A stretch of 64,000 bases of DNA from Chiloscyllium plagiosum (GCF_004010195.1 NC_057749.1:26458591-26522590); one strand, 5' to 3'. Counted from the stretch's first letter, positions 23,235-35,973 are shown. The notes: generated from the letters alone by a model not told the origin. Made by a program: numbers and translations.

Positions 23235-26200
23235 GTCATAGAAACATAGAAAGCAGGAGTATGACTAGGCCACACAGCCTACCCCAATCGTGGCTGACAC
23301 TCTATCTCAATGTCATACTCCTGCTCTCTTCCCAATCCTTGACATCTTTACCTTCTAGAAATCAATCTTTCTCTCTTAAATATACTCGGTGTATACTCAT
23401 CTATGCTAGAGAATTCCATAGGTTCACCACCCTCTAAGTCAAGACATTGCTCCTCACGTTTGTCCGAAGTGATTATCCTGTAACCTGAGAATGTGACCCT
23501 TTGTTCTGGCCTCTGCTGGCCAGGGAAACACCTTCCCTTTGACCAGCCTGTTCAGCCCTATCAAATTATGTGTTTTCAATGTGATTCTCTCTCTTTCTTC
23601 TGAAGTCCATGGAATACAGGCCCACTTGGCCCAATATCTCCTCGCAAATCCACCACACCAGAAATCAGTCTGATGAACCTTTGTTGTTCGCAGGTAAAAG
23701 GAGGCTGGGACATGGTAAGCCTTCAAAGATGAGATAATGAGATTCCAAAAACAGTATATTCCTGTTAGGGTGAAGGGCAAGGCTGGTAAGTGGAGGGAAT
23801 GCTAGATGACTAGAGAAATTGAGGTTTTGGTTAAGAAAAAGAAGGAAGCATATGTCAGGTACAGACAGGAGAGGTTGAGTGAATCCTTCGAGTATAAAGG
23901 CAATGGGAATATACTTAAGGGGGAAATCAGGAGGTTGAAAAGGGGACCGGAGATATCCTTGGCCAATAGGGTTAAGGAGAATCCAAAGTGAATCCAACAA
24001 AGTACTCCTTCTCTGGCAAGTCTATCTATCCTTAAGTAAGGAGACCAAACTGCACATAATGCTCTGGTATGGTTTCACCAAGACCCTGTGCAGCCACAGT
24101 AAGATATCCTTGCTCCTGAACTCAAACCCTCTTGCAAGGAAGGTCAACATACCATATGTCTCCTTAATGGCTTGCAGCAACTCCATCTTTACTTTCAGTG
24201 ACTGGTGTACAAGAACACTCGAGGCCCTTTGTACATCAACCTTTTAAATAATATTGTACCATTCTGTTTCTCATACCAAAGTGGACAACATCATATTTAT
24301 CCATGTTACAGTGCATTTGTCACATATTTGCCCACTCACTCAACTTGTCTACACAGGTACTTGGAAATACAAACATAAGTATTACATTTAATTCCCTCAT
24401 CAAAATAATTAATGTATATTGTGAATAGCTGTGACCCAAGCATTGATTCTTGTGGTACCCACTTGTCACAATCTCCCACTCTGAAAATATCCCATTTATT
24501 TCTACTCTGTTCCCTGTTTCCTAACTGATTCTCAATCCATGCCAGATAATTACCACCAATTCCATGTGTTTCAATTTTGCAAAATAGCTGCTTATGTGGG
24601 ACTTTATCAAAAGCTTTCCGAAAAACTAAGTATGCCACGTCTACTGGTTTTCCCTCATGAATTCTATGTCAATTGGTCTTTGTGCAGAGCTAACTGATCC
24701 AGACAGAAACAAATAACCAGTTAGGATCCCCACATTTCAGGAAGGATGTGAGAATCGTTGAGAAAGTCCCAAGGAGATTTACCAGAAAGATTGCAGACCT
24801 GGGGGATTTTCATTACATTTTTACATTGCAGGAACAAGAAGAAAGGAGATTGAGGGAAGATTTAAAAAATGTCTACCATTGATTTAGAAGTTAGACAAAG
24901 AAAAGCTGCTCCTGCTGATTGATTGTGCAAAGACATGGGGATATTAAAAGTTCTAGGAATGAAATAATTGGGGAAATGTGTCACAGTCATGCAGTCACAG
25001 CAACAGGCCCTTCAGTCTACCATGTCTATGCAAACCAATAAACACACTGGCATTCACACTGGAAAAAGACAATGTTGTTGAGGAGAATACTGAGATACAA
25101 ACTACTAGACTAGACGGTATTGAGGTTCACAAGAAGGAGGTGTTAGCAATTCTGGAAAGTGTGAAAACAGATAATAGGATTCTCTGGGAAGCCAGGGAGG
25201 ACATTGCAGAGCCTTTGGCTTTGATCTTTATGTCATCATTGTCTACAGGAATAGTGCCAGAAGACTGGAGGATAGCAAACAGAGTCATAGAGATGTACAG
25301 CATGGAAACAGACCTTTCGGTCCAACTAGTCCATGCTGACCAGATATCCCAACCCAATCTAGTCCCACCTGCCAGCACCTGGCCAATATTTCTCCAAACC
25401 CTTCCTATTCATATACCCATCCAAATGCCTTTGAAATGTTGCAATTGTACCAGCCTCCACCACTTCCTCTGGTAGCTCATTCCATACATTGAACATTACA
25501 GCGCAGTAGAGGCCCTTCGGCCCTCGATGTTGTGCCGACCTGTCATACCAATCTGAAACCCATCTAACCTACACTATTCCATGTACGTCCATATGCCTGT
25601 CCAATGACGGCTTAAATGTACTTAAAGTTGGTGAATCTACTACCATTGCAGGCAAAGCATTCCATATCTTACTACTCTCAGAGTAAAGAAACTACCTCTG
25701 ACATCTGTCCTATATCCATCACCCCTCAATGCAAAGCCATGCCCCTTCGTGCTTGCCGTCACCATACTTGGAAAATGGCTCTCCTTGCCCACCTTTTCTA
25801 ACCCTCTGATTATCTTATAAGTCTATTAAGTCACCTCTCAACCTTCTTCTCTCTAACGAAAACAGCCTCAAGTCCCTCAGCCTTTCCTCGTAAGACCTTC
25901 CCTCTATACCAGGCAACATCCTAATAAATCTCCTCTGCACCCTTTCAAAAGCTTCCAGATCCTTCTTATAATGCGGTGACCAGAACTGTACACAATACTC
26001 CAAGTGCGGCCGCACCAGAGTTTTGTACAGCTGTAGCATAACCTCATGGTTCCGCAACTTGATCCCTCTATTAATAAAAGCTAAAACACTGTATACCTTC
26101 TTAACAACCCTGTCAACATGGGTGGCAACTTTCAAGGATCTGTGTACCTGGACACAGAGATCTCTCTGCTCATCTACACTACCAAGAGTCTTACCATTAG

Positions 26201-26378
26201 CCCAGTACTTTGCATTCCGGTTACTCCGACCAAAGTGAATCACCTCACACTTGTCCGCATTAAACTCCATTTGCCACCTCTCAGCCCAGCTCTGCAGCTT
26301 ATCTATGTCTCTCTGTAACCTACAACATCCTTCGTCACTATCCACAGCACCTTAGTGTCGTCTGCAAATTTACTAACC
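23235..26378. mobile_element. Cluster of nested CR1 fragments on both strands
   Basis: CR1 ORF2 and 3' UTR pieces, including ORF 25815-26345 (minus; RPHLEYCVQFWSP), 25048-25280 (plus) and 24000-24660 (minus). Confidence 0.85.
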
Positions 26379-27080
26379 NNNNNNNNNNNNNNNNNNNNNN
26401 NNNNNNNNNNNNNNNNNNNNNNNNNNNNNNNNNNNNNNNNNNNNNNNNNNNNNNNNNNNNNNNNNNNNNNNNNNNNNNNNNNNNNNNNNNNNNNNNNNNN
26501 NNNNNNNNNNNNNNNNNNNNNNNNNNNNNNNNNNNNNNNNNNNNNNNNNNNNNNNNNNNNNNNNNNNNNNNNNNNNNNNNNNNNNNNNNNNNNNNNNNNN
26601 NNNNNNNNNNNNNNNNNNNNNNNNNNNNNNNNNNNNNNNNNNNNNNNNNNNNNNNNNNNNNNNNNNNNNNNNNNNNNNNNNNNNNNNNNNNNNNNNNNNN
26701 NNNNNNNNNNNNNNNNNNNNNNNNNNNNNNNNNNNNNNNNNNNNNNNNNNNNNNNNNNNNNNNNNNNNNNNNNNNNNNNNNNNNNNNNNNNNNNNNNNNN
26801 NNNNNNNNNNNNNNNNNNNNNNNNNNNNNNNNNNNNNNNNNNNNNNNNNNNNNNNNNNNNNNNNNNNNNNNNNNNNNNNNNNNNNNNNNNNNNNNNNNNN
26901 NNNNNNNNNNNNNNNNNNNNNNNNNNNNNNNNNNNNNNNNNNNNNNNNNNNNNNNNNNNNNNNNNNNNNNNNNNNNNNNNNNNNNNNNNNNNNNNNNNNN
27001 NNNNNNNNNNNNNNNNNNNNNNNNNNNNNNNNNNNNNNNNNNNNNNNNNNNNNNNNNNNNNNNNNNNNNNNNNNNNNNNN
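26379..27080. other. Assembly gap (N run)
   Basis: Run of N. Confidence 1.
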
Positions 27081-27262
27081 CAATTCACCTAACCTGCACA
27101 TCTTTGTGACAGTGGGAGGAAACCGGAGCACCCGGAGGAAACCCACGCAGACACGGGGAGAACGTGCAAACTCCACACAGAGAGTCGCCTGAGGCGGGAA
27201 TTGAACCCGGGTCTCTGGCGCTGTGAGGCAGCAGTGCTAACCACTGTGCCACCGTGCCACCC
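27081..27262 (-). mobile_element. HE1-like SINE (partial, abuts gap)
   Basis: SINE head motifs. Confidence 0.8.
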
Positions 27263-28896
27263 ACATAGATTACATAGATTGTAATCTGAGGTAACCTTCT
27301 TCGCTGTCCACTACACCTTCAATTTTGGTGTCATCAGCAAATTTACTAACTATACCTCTTATGGTCACATCCAAAGCTTTTATATAAATAATGAAAAGTA
27401 CTGAACCTTGTGGCACTCCACTGGTCATAGGCCTCCCGTCTGAAAAACACCCCTCCACCACCACCCTCTGTCTTCTACCTTTGAGCCAGTTCAAACAGTG
27501 AGTTCTCCCTGTATTCCATGAGATCTAACCTTGCTAACTAGTCTCCCATGGGGAACCTTGTTGAACGCCTTACTGACATCCAAATAAATCACATCTACCA
27601 CGCTGCCCCTCATCATCCTCTTAGTTACTGCTCCAAGAAATTCAGTCAAGTTAATGAGACATGATTTACCACATACAAAGCCATGTTGACTATCCCTAAT
27701 CAGTCCTTGTCTTTACAAATATATCATAAATCCTGTCCCTCAGGATTCCCTCTAACAACTTGCCCACCACCAATATCAGGCTCACCAGTCTATAGTTCCC
27801 TGGCTTTTCCTTACTACCTTTCTTAAACAGTGGCACCACGTTAGCCAACCTCCAGTCGGCTGGCACCTCACCTGTGACTATCAATGATACAAATATCTCA
27901 GCAAGAAGCCCAGAAATCACTTCTCTAGCTTCCCACAGAGTTCTGAGATACACCTGATCAGGTCCTGGGGATTTATCCATCTTTGTGTGTTTTAAGACAT
28001 CCAGCACCTCCTCCTCTTTAATATGGAAATTTTTCAAGATGTCACCATCTATTTCCCCACATTTATATCTTCTATGTCTTTCTCCAAAGTAAACACTGAT
28101 GCAAAATATCATTTAGTATTTTCCCCATCTCCTGCGGTTCTACACATAGACTTCCTTGCTCATCTCTGTGGGGTACTATTCTCTCCGAGTTACCCTTTTA
28201 TCCTTAATGTATTTATAAAACACTTTGGATTCTCCTTAACTCTATTGGCCAAGGACATCTCGTGTCCCCTTTTCACCCTCCTGATTTCCCACTTAAGTAC
28301 ATTCCCATTGCCTTTATACTCTAAGGATTCACTCAATCTCTCCTTTTTATACCCGACATATGCTTCCTTCTTTTTCTTAACCAATACTTCAATTTCTCTA
28401 GTCATCCTGCATTCCCTCCACCTATCAGCTTTGCCCTTCACCCTAACAGGAATATACGGTCTCTGGAATCTCATTATTTCATTTCTGAAGGCTTACCGTG
28501 TTCCAGCCTCCCTTTACCTGTGAATATCTGTGTCCAATCAGCTTTTGAAAGATCCTGCCAAATACTGTCAAAATTGGCCTTCCTCCAATTTAGAACTTCA
28601 ACAGTTCGATCTGGTCTATCCTTTTCCAACTCTATTTTAAAACTAATAGAATTATGGTTGCTGGCCCCAAAGTGCTCCCTCGCTTACACCTCAGTCATTT
28701 GTTCTGCCTTTTTCTCAAGAGTATGTCAAGTTTTGCACCTTCTCTTGTAGGTACATCCACATAGATTCATAACTGAATCAGAAAATGTTGTTGTACATAC
28801 TTATCAAATTCCTCTTCATCTAACCCCTTAACACTGTGGTAGTCCCAGTCTATGTTTGGAAAGTTAAAATCCCCTACAATTACCACCCTATTATTT

Positions 28897-29188
28897 CATA
28901 GAATCACTACAGTGCAGAAACAGGTCCTTTAGCCCAACAAGTCCACAGTGACCTACCCAGAAACATTCCCCCGATCCATTATTTACCCCTGACAAATGCG
29001 CCTAACCTACAAATCCCTGAACACAATGGCCAATTTAGCATAGCCAATTCACCTAACCTGTGGGAGGAAACCCACACAGACATGGGAAGAATGTGCATGC
29101 TCAATACAGACAGTTGTCAGAGGCTGGAATTGAACCCAGGTCTCTGGCACTGTGAAGCAGCAGTGCTAACCACTGAGTCACCATGCCA
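28897..29188 (-). mobile_element. HE1-like SINE, diverged
   Basis: SINE head and tail motifs inside CR1. Confidence 0.75.
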
Positions 29189-30002
29189 ACCACTATTCTT
29201 ACAGATAACTGAGATCTCCTTACAAATTTGTTTCTCAATTTCCCGCTGACTTTTGGAGTATCTATAATACAATCCTAATAAGGTGATCATCACTTTCTTA
29301 TTTCTCAGTTCCACCCAAAAAACTTCCCTCGGTGTATACCCAGCAATATCGTACCTCAGTACAGTTATAATGCTATTCTTTATCAAAAATGCCACTCCCC
29401 CTCCTCTCTCCCCCCTCCCTTTCTATCCTTCCTACAGCATTTGTATCCTGGAACATTAAGCTGCCAGTCCTGTCCATCCCTGAGCCGTGTTTCTGTAATT
29501 GCTATGATATCCCAGTCCCATGTTCCTCACCATGCCCTGAGTTAATCTGCCTTCCCTGTTAGGCCTCTTGCACCTGAATAAATGCAGTTTAATTTATCTA
29601 TTCTACCTTGTTCTTTGCTTTGTCCCTGCCTGCCCTGACTGTACCAGTCTCAGATTGATCTCTTTCCTCACTATCTCCCTGGGTCCCACCCCCTCCCCAC
29701 CTTACTAGTTTAAATCCTCTCAAGCAGCTCTAGCAAATCTCCCTGTCAGTAAATAAGACCCTTTCAAATTTAGGTGTAATCCATCCTTCTTTTTCAGGTC
29801 ACTTCTACCCCAGGAGAGATTCAATGATCCAAAAATGTGAATCCTTCTCCCATACACAGCTCCTCAGCCATGCACTCATTTACTCTATCCTCCTATTCCT
29901 ACTCTCACTAGCTTGTAGCACTGGGAGTAATCCAGATATTACTACCCTCGAACACCTTTTTAAATTCTTGCCTAACTTTCTATTTTCTTCCTTCAGGATC
30001 TC

Positions 30003-30322
30003 GGCACGGGTGGCACGGTGGCTCAGTGGTTAGCACTGCTGCCTCCCAGCACCAGGGTCCCAGGTTCGATTCCAGCCTCAGTCGACTGTCTGTGTGGATT
30101 TTGCACATTCTCCCCATGCCTGCGCGAGTTTCCTCTGGGTGCTCCGGTTTCCTCCCATACTCCAAAGATGTGCAGGTTAGGTGAATTGGTCATGCTAAAT
30201 TGCCCATAGTGTTAGGTGCATTAGTCAGAGGGAAATGGGTCTGGGTGGGTTACTCTTCGGAGCATTGGTGTGGACTTGTTGGGCCGAAGGGCCTGTTTCC
30301 ACACTAGTAAATTAAATCTAAT
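30003..30322 (+). mobile_element. HE1-like SINE
   Basis: GGCACGGTGGCTCAGTGGTTAGCACTGCTGCC head and a GGTTCGATTCC B box. Confidence 0.85.
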
Positions 30323-30415
30323 CTCATCCTTTTTCCTTCCTATGTCATTAATTCCAATGTGGACAATGACCTCTTGCTGGTCCTACTCCCCTTTGAGAAC
30401 ATTCTGCACTCACAC

Positions 30416-30711
30416 TTAGTGTGGAAACAGGCCCTTCGGCCCAACAAGTCCACACCGACCCGCCGAAGCGTAACCCACCCATTCCCCTACATTTACCTCT
30501 TTACCTAACACTACGGGCAATTTTGCATGACCAATTCACCTAACCTGCACATCTTTGGACTGTGGGAGGAAACCGGAGCACCCGGAGGAAACCCACGCAG
30601 ACACGGGGAGAATGTGCAAACTCCACACAGTCAGTCGCCTGAGTCGGGAATTGAACCCGGGTCTCTGGCGCTGTGAGGCAGCAGTGCTAACCACTGTGCC
30701 ACCGTGCCGCC
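30416..30711 (-). mobile_element. HE1-like SINE
   Basis: Near-identical to the 3010-3321 copy. Confidence 0.85.
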
Positions 30712-33248
30712 CACCATCTCTCTCTGTGATAATCTGGATACTGACATCAGGGAGGCAACACAGCATTCTGATTTCTCACTGTCAGCGCAGAAACATCAGT
30801 CTGTGCCTGTGACTAGAGAGTCCCCTATCACAATCAATTGCTTGGAACCCAACATACTCCTCATTGCATTACAGCCAGTCTTGGTGCCAGAAATGTGGCT
30901 GTTCTTGCTACATTCCCCTGACAGTCCATCACCCCCTACATGCTCCAAAACAGCATACCTGCTTGAGATGGGGGTAGTCACAGGAGACTCCTACACTACT
31001 TGCCTTCCTCTTCTACCTTTCCTGGTGGTAACCTGACTGTATCTGCAGCTTTTCTCCCTTCCTATAACTGCCATCTATCACACCCTTAGTTCCCATAAAT
31101 CCCTCATTGCCTCTAACTGCTGCTCCAACTGATCCATGCAATATGATAGAATTCGCAACCAAACACATTTACTCCAGACATAATCATCAGTAATACAGAA
31201 GACTACATCACTCTACTAAAGGCCATCTTTGTATCTTAACATTCAACAGACCCATAAAATAGCACAGTCTTACTATTTTAAAAATCACTGCTCCAGGATA
31301 ACTTAGTACCATTGTTTTATATTTTTAAATTTTAATCAAGAGACAGATCTCAATAAAACATATAACCAAAAATAATCCACTCTACTCACTATTAAAAAAA
31401 GACAGCAAGGTTGCACTTAAAAACCATGCACTTATCTGCGCCTGTGTGCGAGCTCTCCCACACAGACTCCGCCAAGGTCATCTGTGAATTTCCCTGTTTA
31501 TTCATTTTGTTCAGATGCATTCCGATGTTCAGAGATACTTGAACTCAAACAGCAAAGGCAGTAGCTGTGCAGATTCAGTGTGTCAGACAGTGGTGTAGGT
31601 TTCTTTCTCTCTCTCTCTACTTCCCATTCCCGCATTCTCCCCCCACTGACCATATGGTCGCTATCTTTGTTGCTCTTCCTCCTTTTTAAATTGCCATTGT
31701 TTTGATCTGATTTTCCCCCAAAGTTCCAAAACAATGCAACAGCTTATCAAACAGTAATTACTGCTCCTGGAATTCAAGGAAATATATTCCAAAACTTAAA
31801 ATACCTCAAACAAGGATCGGTTCTTACAGCCACAACTTTTCCCATCCTCCATCTTGGATTACCCAGAATCCACCTCAGAGAAAATTTTATCAAGTCCCGT
31901 CTATTTGCACCTGAATAAATGCAGTTTAATTTATCTATTTGTTAAACTTACTTGTTAAACTGATATCCTCTGGTCTTCTACATATCTGCCAATGGGGACG
32001 ATTCTCACATTCTACAGTATGGTTCACATACAAAATTATGACAGGCAATCAGATTCCCCCTCAGCTTCCACTGTTCCAGGGAAAACAAACCCTACCTATC
32101 CAATCTCTCCTCATAACTGAGACATTTCATCCCAGGCAACATTCTGGTGAATCTCCTCCACACCCTCTCCAGTGCAATCTCATCCTTCCAACTGGAACTG
32201 CACACAGTATTCTGTGGCCTAATCAATGTTTAATAAAGTTGAAACAAGACTTTCTTGCTCTTATTTTCTATGCCTCAGCTAATGAAGGCAATACAAATCT
32301 GTGATTATAGATGTGAAGTAATAACTTAAGACTTCACCCATGCCCACTGGCTCCATGCACAGGTTACTCCTTTAGACTCTAATATGTTCTTAATATCCTG
32401 TTACTCTTAATATACTTATAAAAAGTGGTGAGGTTTCCTTGATCCTATCTGCAAAAGTTATTTTGTGACCCCTCTTTGCCCCCTTTATTTCCTTTTTAAG
32501 CAGACTCTTACACTCTTACACACACCTTTGAAAGACTACCCCTCCCCCAGTTCTAAACTATCACACCTAACATATGGTTCCTTCTTGTTCTTTATCAAAC
32601 TTTTGATATACTTTAACATCCATAGTTCCTTTGCCCTTCATTTTTAGAGGAATACTGTAGCTGATTTCTTACCGTGCTGCTTTTGAAATACTCCCACTTT
32701 CCAAATGTAGACTTACCTTGCGAGTAATTGCTCCCAGTCTATGTTTGCCAGATCTAGTCTAACACCACCAAAATTGGCCTTCTCCCAATTTAGACACTTA
32801 ACTTCTGCACTATCCTTAACTCTTTCATATTGATTTACAGAGTTATGATCACAATCCCCAAAATCTTTGCCAATTAAAACTTCAACCATTTGACCAGCTT
32901 CATTTCCTAGGATTAAGTCAAGCACCGCCCCATCTCTAGTTGGACCACCTTTGTACTGAGAACTCCCCACCTACGTTCGGGACACCACCCATGCCCTCCA
33001 CCTGCTCCATGATTTTCGCTTCCCCGGTCCCCAACGCCTTATTTTCACCATGGACATCCAGTCCCTGTACACCTCCATCCCCCATCACGAAGGACTCAAA
33101 GCCCTCCGCTTCTTTCTTTCCCGCCGTACCGACCAGTACCCTTCCACTGACACCCTCCTTCGACTGACTGAACTGGTCCTCACCCTGAACAACTTCTCTT
33201 TCCAATCCTCCCACTTCCTCCAAACGAAAGGAATAGCCATGGGCACCC

Positions 33249-33894
33249 NNNNNNNNNNNNNNNNNNNNNNNNNNNNNNNNNNNNNNNNNNNNNNNNNNNN
33301 NNNNNNNNNNNNNNNNNNNNNNNNNNNNNNNNNNNNNNNNNNNNNNNNNNNNNNNNNNNNNNNNNNNNNNNNNNNNNNNNNNNNNNNNNNNNNNNNNNNN
33401 NNNNNNNNNNNNNNNNNNNNNNNNNNNNNNNNNNNNNNNNNNNNNNNNNNNNNNNNNNNNNNNNNNNNNNNNNNNNNNNNNNNNNNNNNNNNNNNNNNNN
33501 NNNNNNNNNNNNNNNNNNNNNNNNNNNNNNNNNNNNNNNNNNNNNNNNNNNNNNNNNNNNNNNNNNNNNNNNNNNNNNNNNNNNNNNNNNNNNNNNNNNN
33601 NNNNNNNNNNNNNNNNNNNNNNNNNNNNNNNNNNNNNNNNNNNNNNNNNNNNNNNNNNNNNNNNNNNNNNNNNNNNNNNNNNNNNNNNNNNNNNNNNNNN
33701 NNNNNNNNNNNNNNNNNNNNNNNNNNNNNNNNNNNNNNNNNNNNNNNNNNNNNNNNNNNNNNNNNNNNNNNNNNNNNNNNNNNNNNNNNNNNNNNNNNNN
33801 NNNNNNNNNNNNNNNNNNNNNNNNNNNNNNNNNNNNNNNNNNNNNNNNNNNNNNNNNNNNNNNNNNNNNNNNNNNNNNNNNNNNNNNNNNNNNN
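33249..33894. other. Assembly gap (N run)
   Basis: Run of N. Confidence 1.
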
Positions 33895-34414
33895 GGAGTA
33901 TTGGAAAGAGAAGTTGTTCAGGGTGAGGGCCAGTTCAGTCAGTCGAAGGAGGGTTACGAAGAGGCAGGCATAGCTGGGGCCCATGCGGGTGCCCGTGGCT
34001 ACTCCTTTCGTTTGGAGGAAGTGGGAGGATTGGAAAGAGAAGTTGTTCAGGGTGAGGACCAGTTCAGTCAGTCGAAGGAGGATGTCAGTGGAAGGGTACT
34101 GGTTGGTATGGCGGGAAAGGAAGAAGCGGAGGGCTTTGAGTCCTTCGTGATGGGGGATGGAGGTGTACAGGGACTGGATGTCCATGGTGAAAATAAGGCG
34201 TTGGGGACCGGGGAAGCGAAAATCATGGAGCAGGTGGAGGGCATGGGTGCTGTCCCGAACGTAGGTGGGGAGTTCTTGGACTAAGGGGGACAGGACGGTG
34301 TCAACTGACCTATCACCCTCACCTTGACCTCTTTCCACCTATCACATTTCCGACGCCCCTCCCCCAAGTCCCTCCTCCCTACCTTTTATCTTAGCCTGCT
34401 GGACAAACTTTCCT

Positions 34415-34452
34415 CATTCCTGAAGAAGGGCTTATGCCCGAAACGTCGATTC
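34415..34452 (+). ncRNA. Minimal type-I hammerhead ribozyme motif
   Basis: CTGAAGA-A-GGGC(TTAT)GCCC-GAAAC-GTC: conserved core boxes, stem II hairpin, palindromic ACGT stem III and GUC triplet. Stem I is very short. Confidence 0.65.
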
Positions 34453-35392
34453 TCCTGTTCCTGGATGCTGCCTGACCTGCTGCGCTTTTCCAGCAACACA
34501 TTTCCACCTTTGTACTGACACAAGGAGGTCTCCAGGATGCACTTTTAAAATTCCACTCCTGCCAATCGTTTCACACTAAGCTCAATGTTAGCAAAATTAT
34601 AGTCCCCTGCAACTAAAAACCTGTTTCTCTCATACCTGTCTGTGATTTTCCTACATATTTGCTCCTCTATCTCCCTCTAAGATTGCCTCTAAGGTCCGCA
34701 TATGCAGCTGCTCCAAAGTTCCATGGACAGTGTTCAGCATCAGACCACCAATCATGGCATTGACTTCTGGTTCTGGAAGATGTAATATTTCAAGTCCAAT
34801 ATGGCTCTTTTTCAGGAATGAATGAACAGAAGAACAGTTCCAGAGAAGCTATTTTGGTCTCAAAACATTAACTCTGTTTCTCTCTCCATAGGTGCTGCAA
34901 GACCTGTGTAGTTTTTCCAGTCAGTCGGTCAGTGATCTGATTATCTACCAACCACTCACCAATCCCTCAGGTTGGTAGATAAGCGTTCGAGCTCTAGAGT
35001 TAGGGTTGAGAACCCACAGCCACTATCCAAAGATCGGAAGCTAGTGGGAGATAACCAGGAGCTGAAAGAAGGGCTTTCAGAAAATATCAGGCGCAAATAA
35101 CAGGGTTTCATTCTGGAATTGTTTACAACTAGAAGTCAAATCCTGAAGTGTGGTACAATCAGAACCTGGTAACTGATTTAAAAATTCCAAAGGCTCCAGT
35201 TCTGCTTTTAGATCCTTTTTCATGTTGTCAGTGTGGGTGTTGTTCATCTCTGCAGATGCACCATGTTTGCTACTTGTTATAACACACACAGATCACATTC
35301 TGTACCCTTCTCAAGCTGCTACTGATTACTGGGCAGATACGCATCCAAAAATGCTTCCAATCCTTCTCACTTTTTATTCTATGATTACTTAC

Positions 35393-35473
35393 GGCAGAAA
35401 TCTCCGCTAGGTCATCAGAAAAGTCACTGGGAAAGGCCTTAGAAAGGGCTAAGAGTCTGGCATGGGTGTAATA
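35393..35473 (-). CDS. GYS1: GYS1 coding exon, penultimate (YYTHARLLALSKAFPSDFSDDLAEISA)
   Basis: 81 bp, phase 0-0, with ctttcAG and GTAAGT. Homologous to the glycogen synthase YYxxAR..AL.KAFP segment. Confidence 0.92.
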
Positions 35474-35973
35474 CTGAAAGAGATACAAACACACAATTAA
35501 ACAACACCACAACCCATACAGTAAACTAAGGAGACAAAGTTATGATCAAAGTCTGTCCAAATGGGACTTGATGTAATGTACACACTCTATCAAATATGCT
35601 CACCAGCACCTGTCAGGGCATAAAAAGGTCAAAAACAGAAATCAAGTTAAGAAAATATCTGGCAGATATCCTACCAATCCCCTAATGTTGATCAAACAAA
35701 ATTCAGAAGGCCAAACCTTGGCAATGGAATAAAAAGTGAGGAGAATATTAACAAATCCCAGGAGGACAGCGATTGGGTGAAATTAGCAGGAGTATGGCAG
35801 ATGCAATTTAACTCAGAGGTGTAAAGCAATGCACATTGGAAGAAAAAATGAATAGAGACAATGTGAAGAAAATGGTACAAATTTAAATTTGGTACTGTAA
35901 TTCAGGGTGAATGCATTGATCCAGCATGTAAAATGACCACAGATGTTACCAGATCTGAGTTTGCTCAGCATTG

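Larger units (their letters stand above)
27265..31875 (-). mobile_element. Long CR1 LINE retaining 5' UTR, ORF1 (SGNH/GDSL esterase-like), endonuclease and part of RT; decayed and interrupted by three SINEs
   Basis: ORF1 IVIGDSLV and MLCCLP motifs (30981-30720). Endonuclease-region fragments (WVELRNKK, LGLYYR). RT motifs PGNYRLVSL, PQGSVL and FADDTK. The 5' end near 31870 contains CAAGATGG. Confidence 0.85.
32960..34503. mobile_element. Penelope-like retroelement insertion with inverted RT segments and a terminal repeat bearing a hammerhead motif
   Basis: PLE-type RT (MDIQSLYTSIPH...NNFSF..HFLQTKG...GTRMGPSYACLF) on the plus strand at 32960-33248 and on the minus strand at 33895-34300. Plus-strand 3' end at 34304-34503. 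15-bp TSD CCACCTTTGTACTGA at 32945-32959 and 34504-34518. Confidence 0.85.

Noticed and set aside
23690..28525. About 300-bp inverted similarity between 23690-23990 and 28225-28525
   Set aside because: The two segments have many mismatches and are explained as two copies of the same CR1 subfamily.
35077..35289. ORF just downstream of the 81-bp GYS1 exon as an alternative last exon
   Set aside because: The only phase-0 acceptor is a weak GAG with no polypyrimidine tract, and the peptide has no similarity to glycogen synthase.
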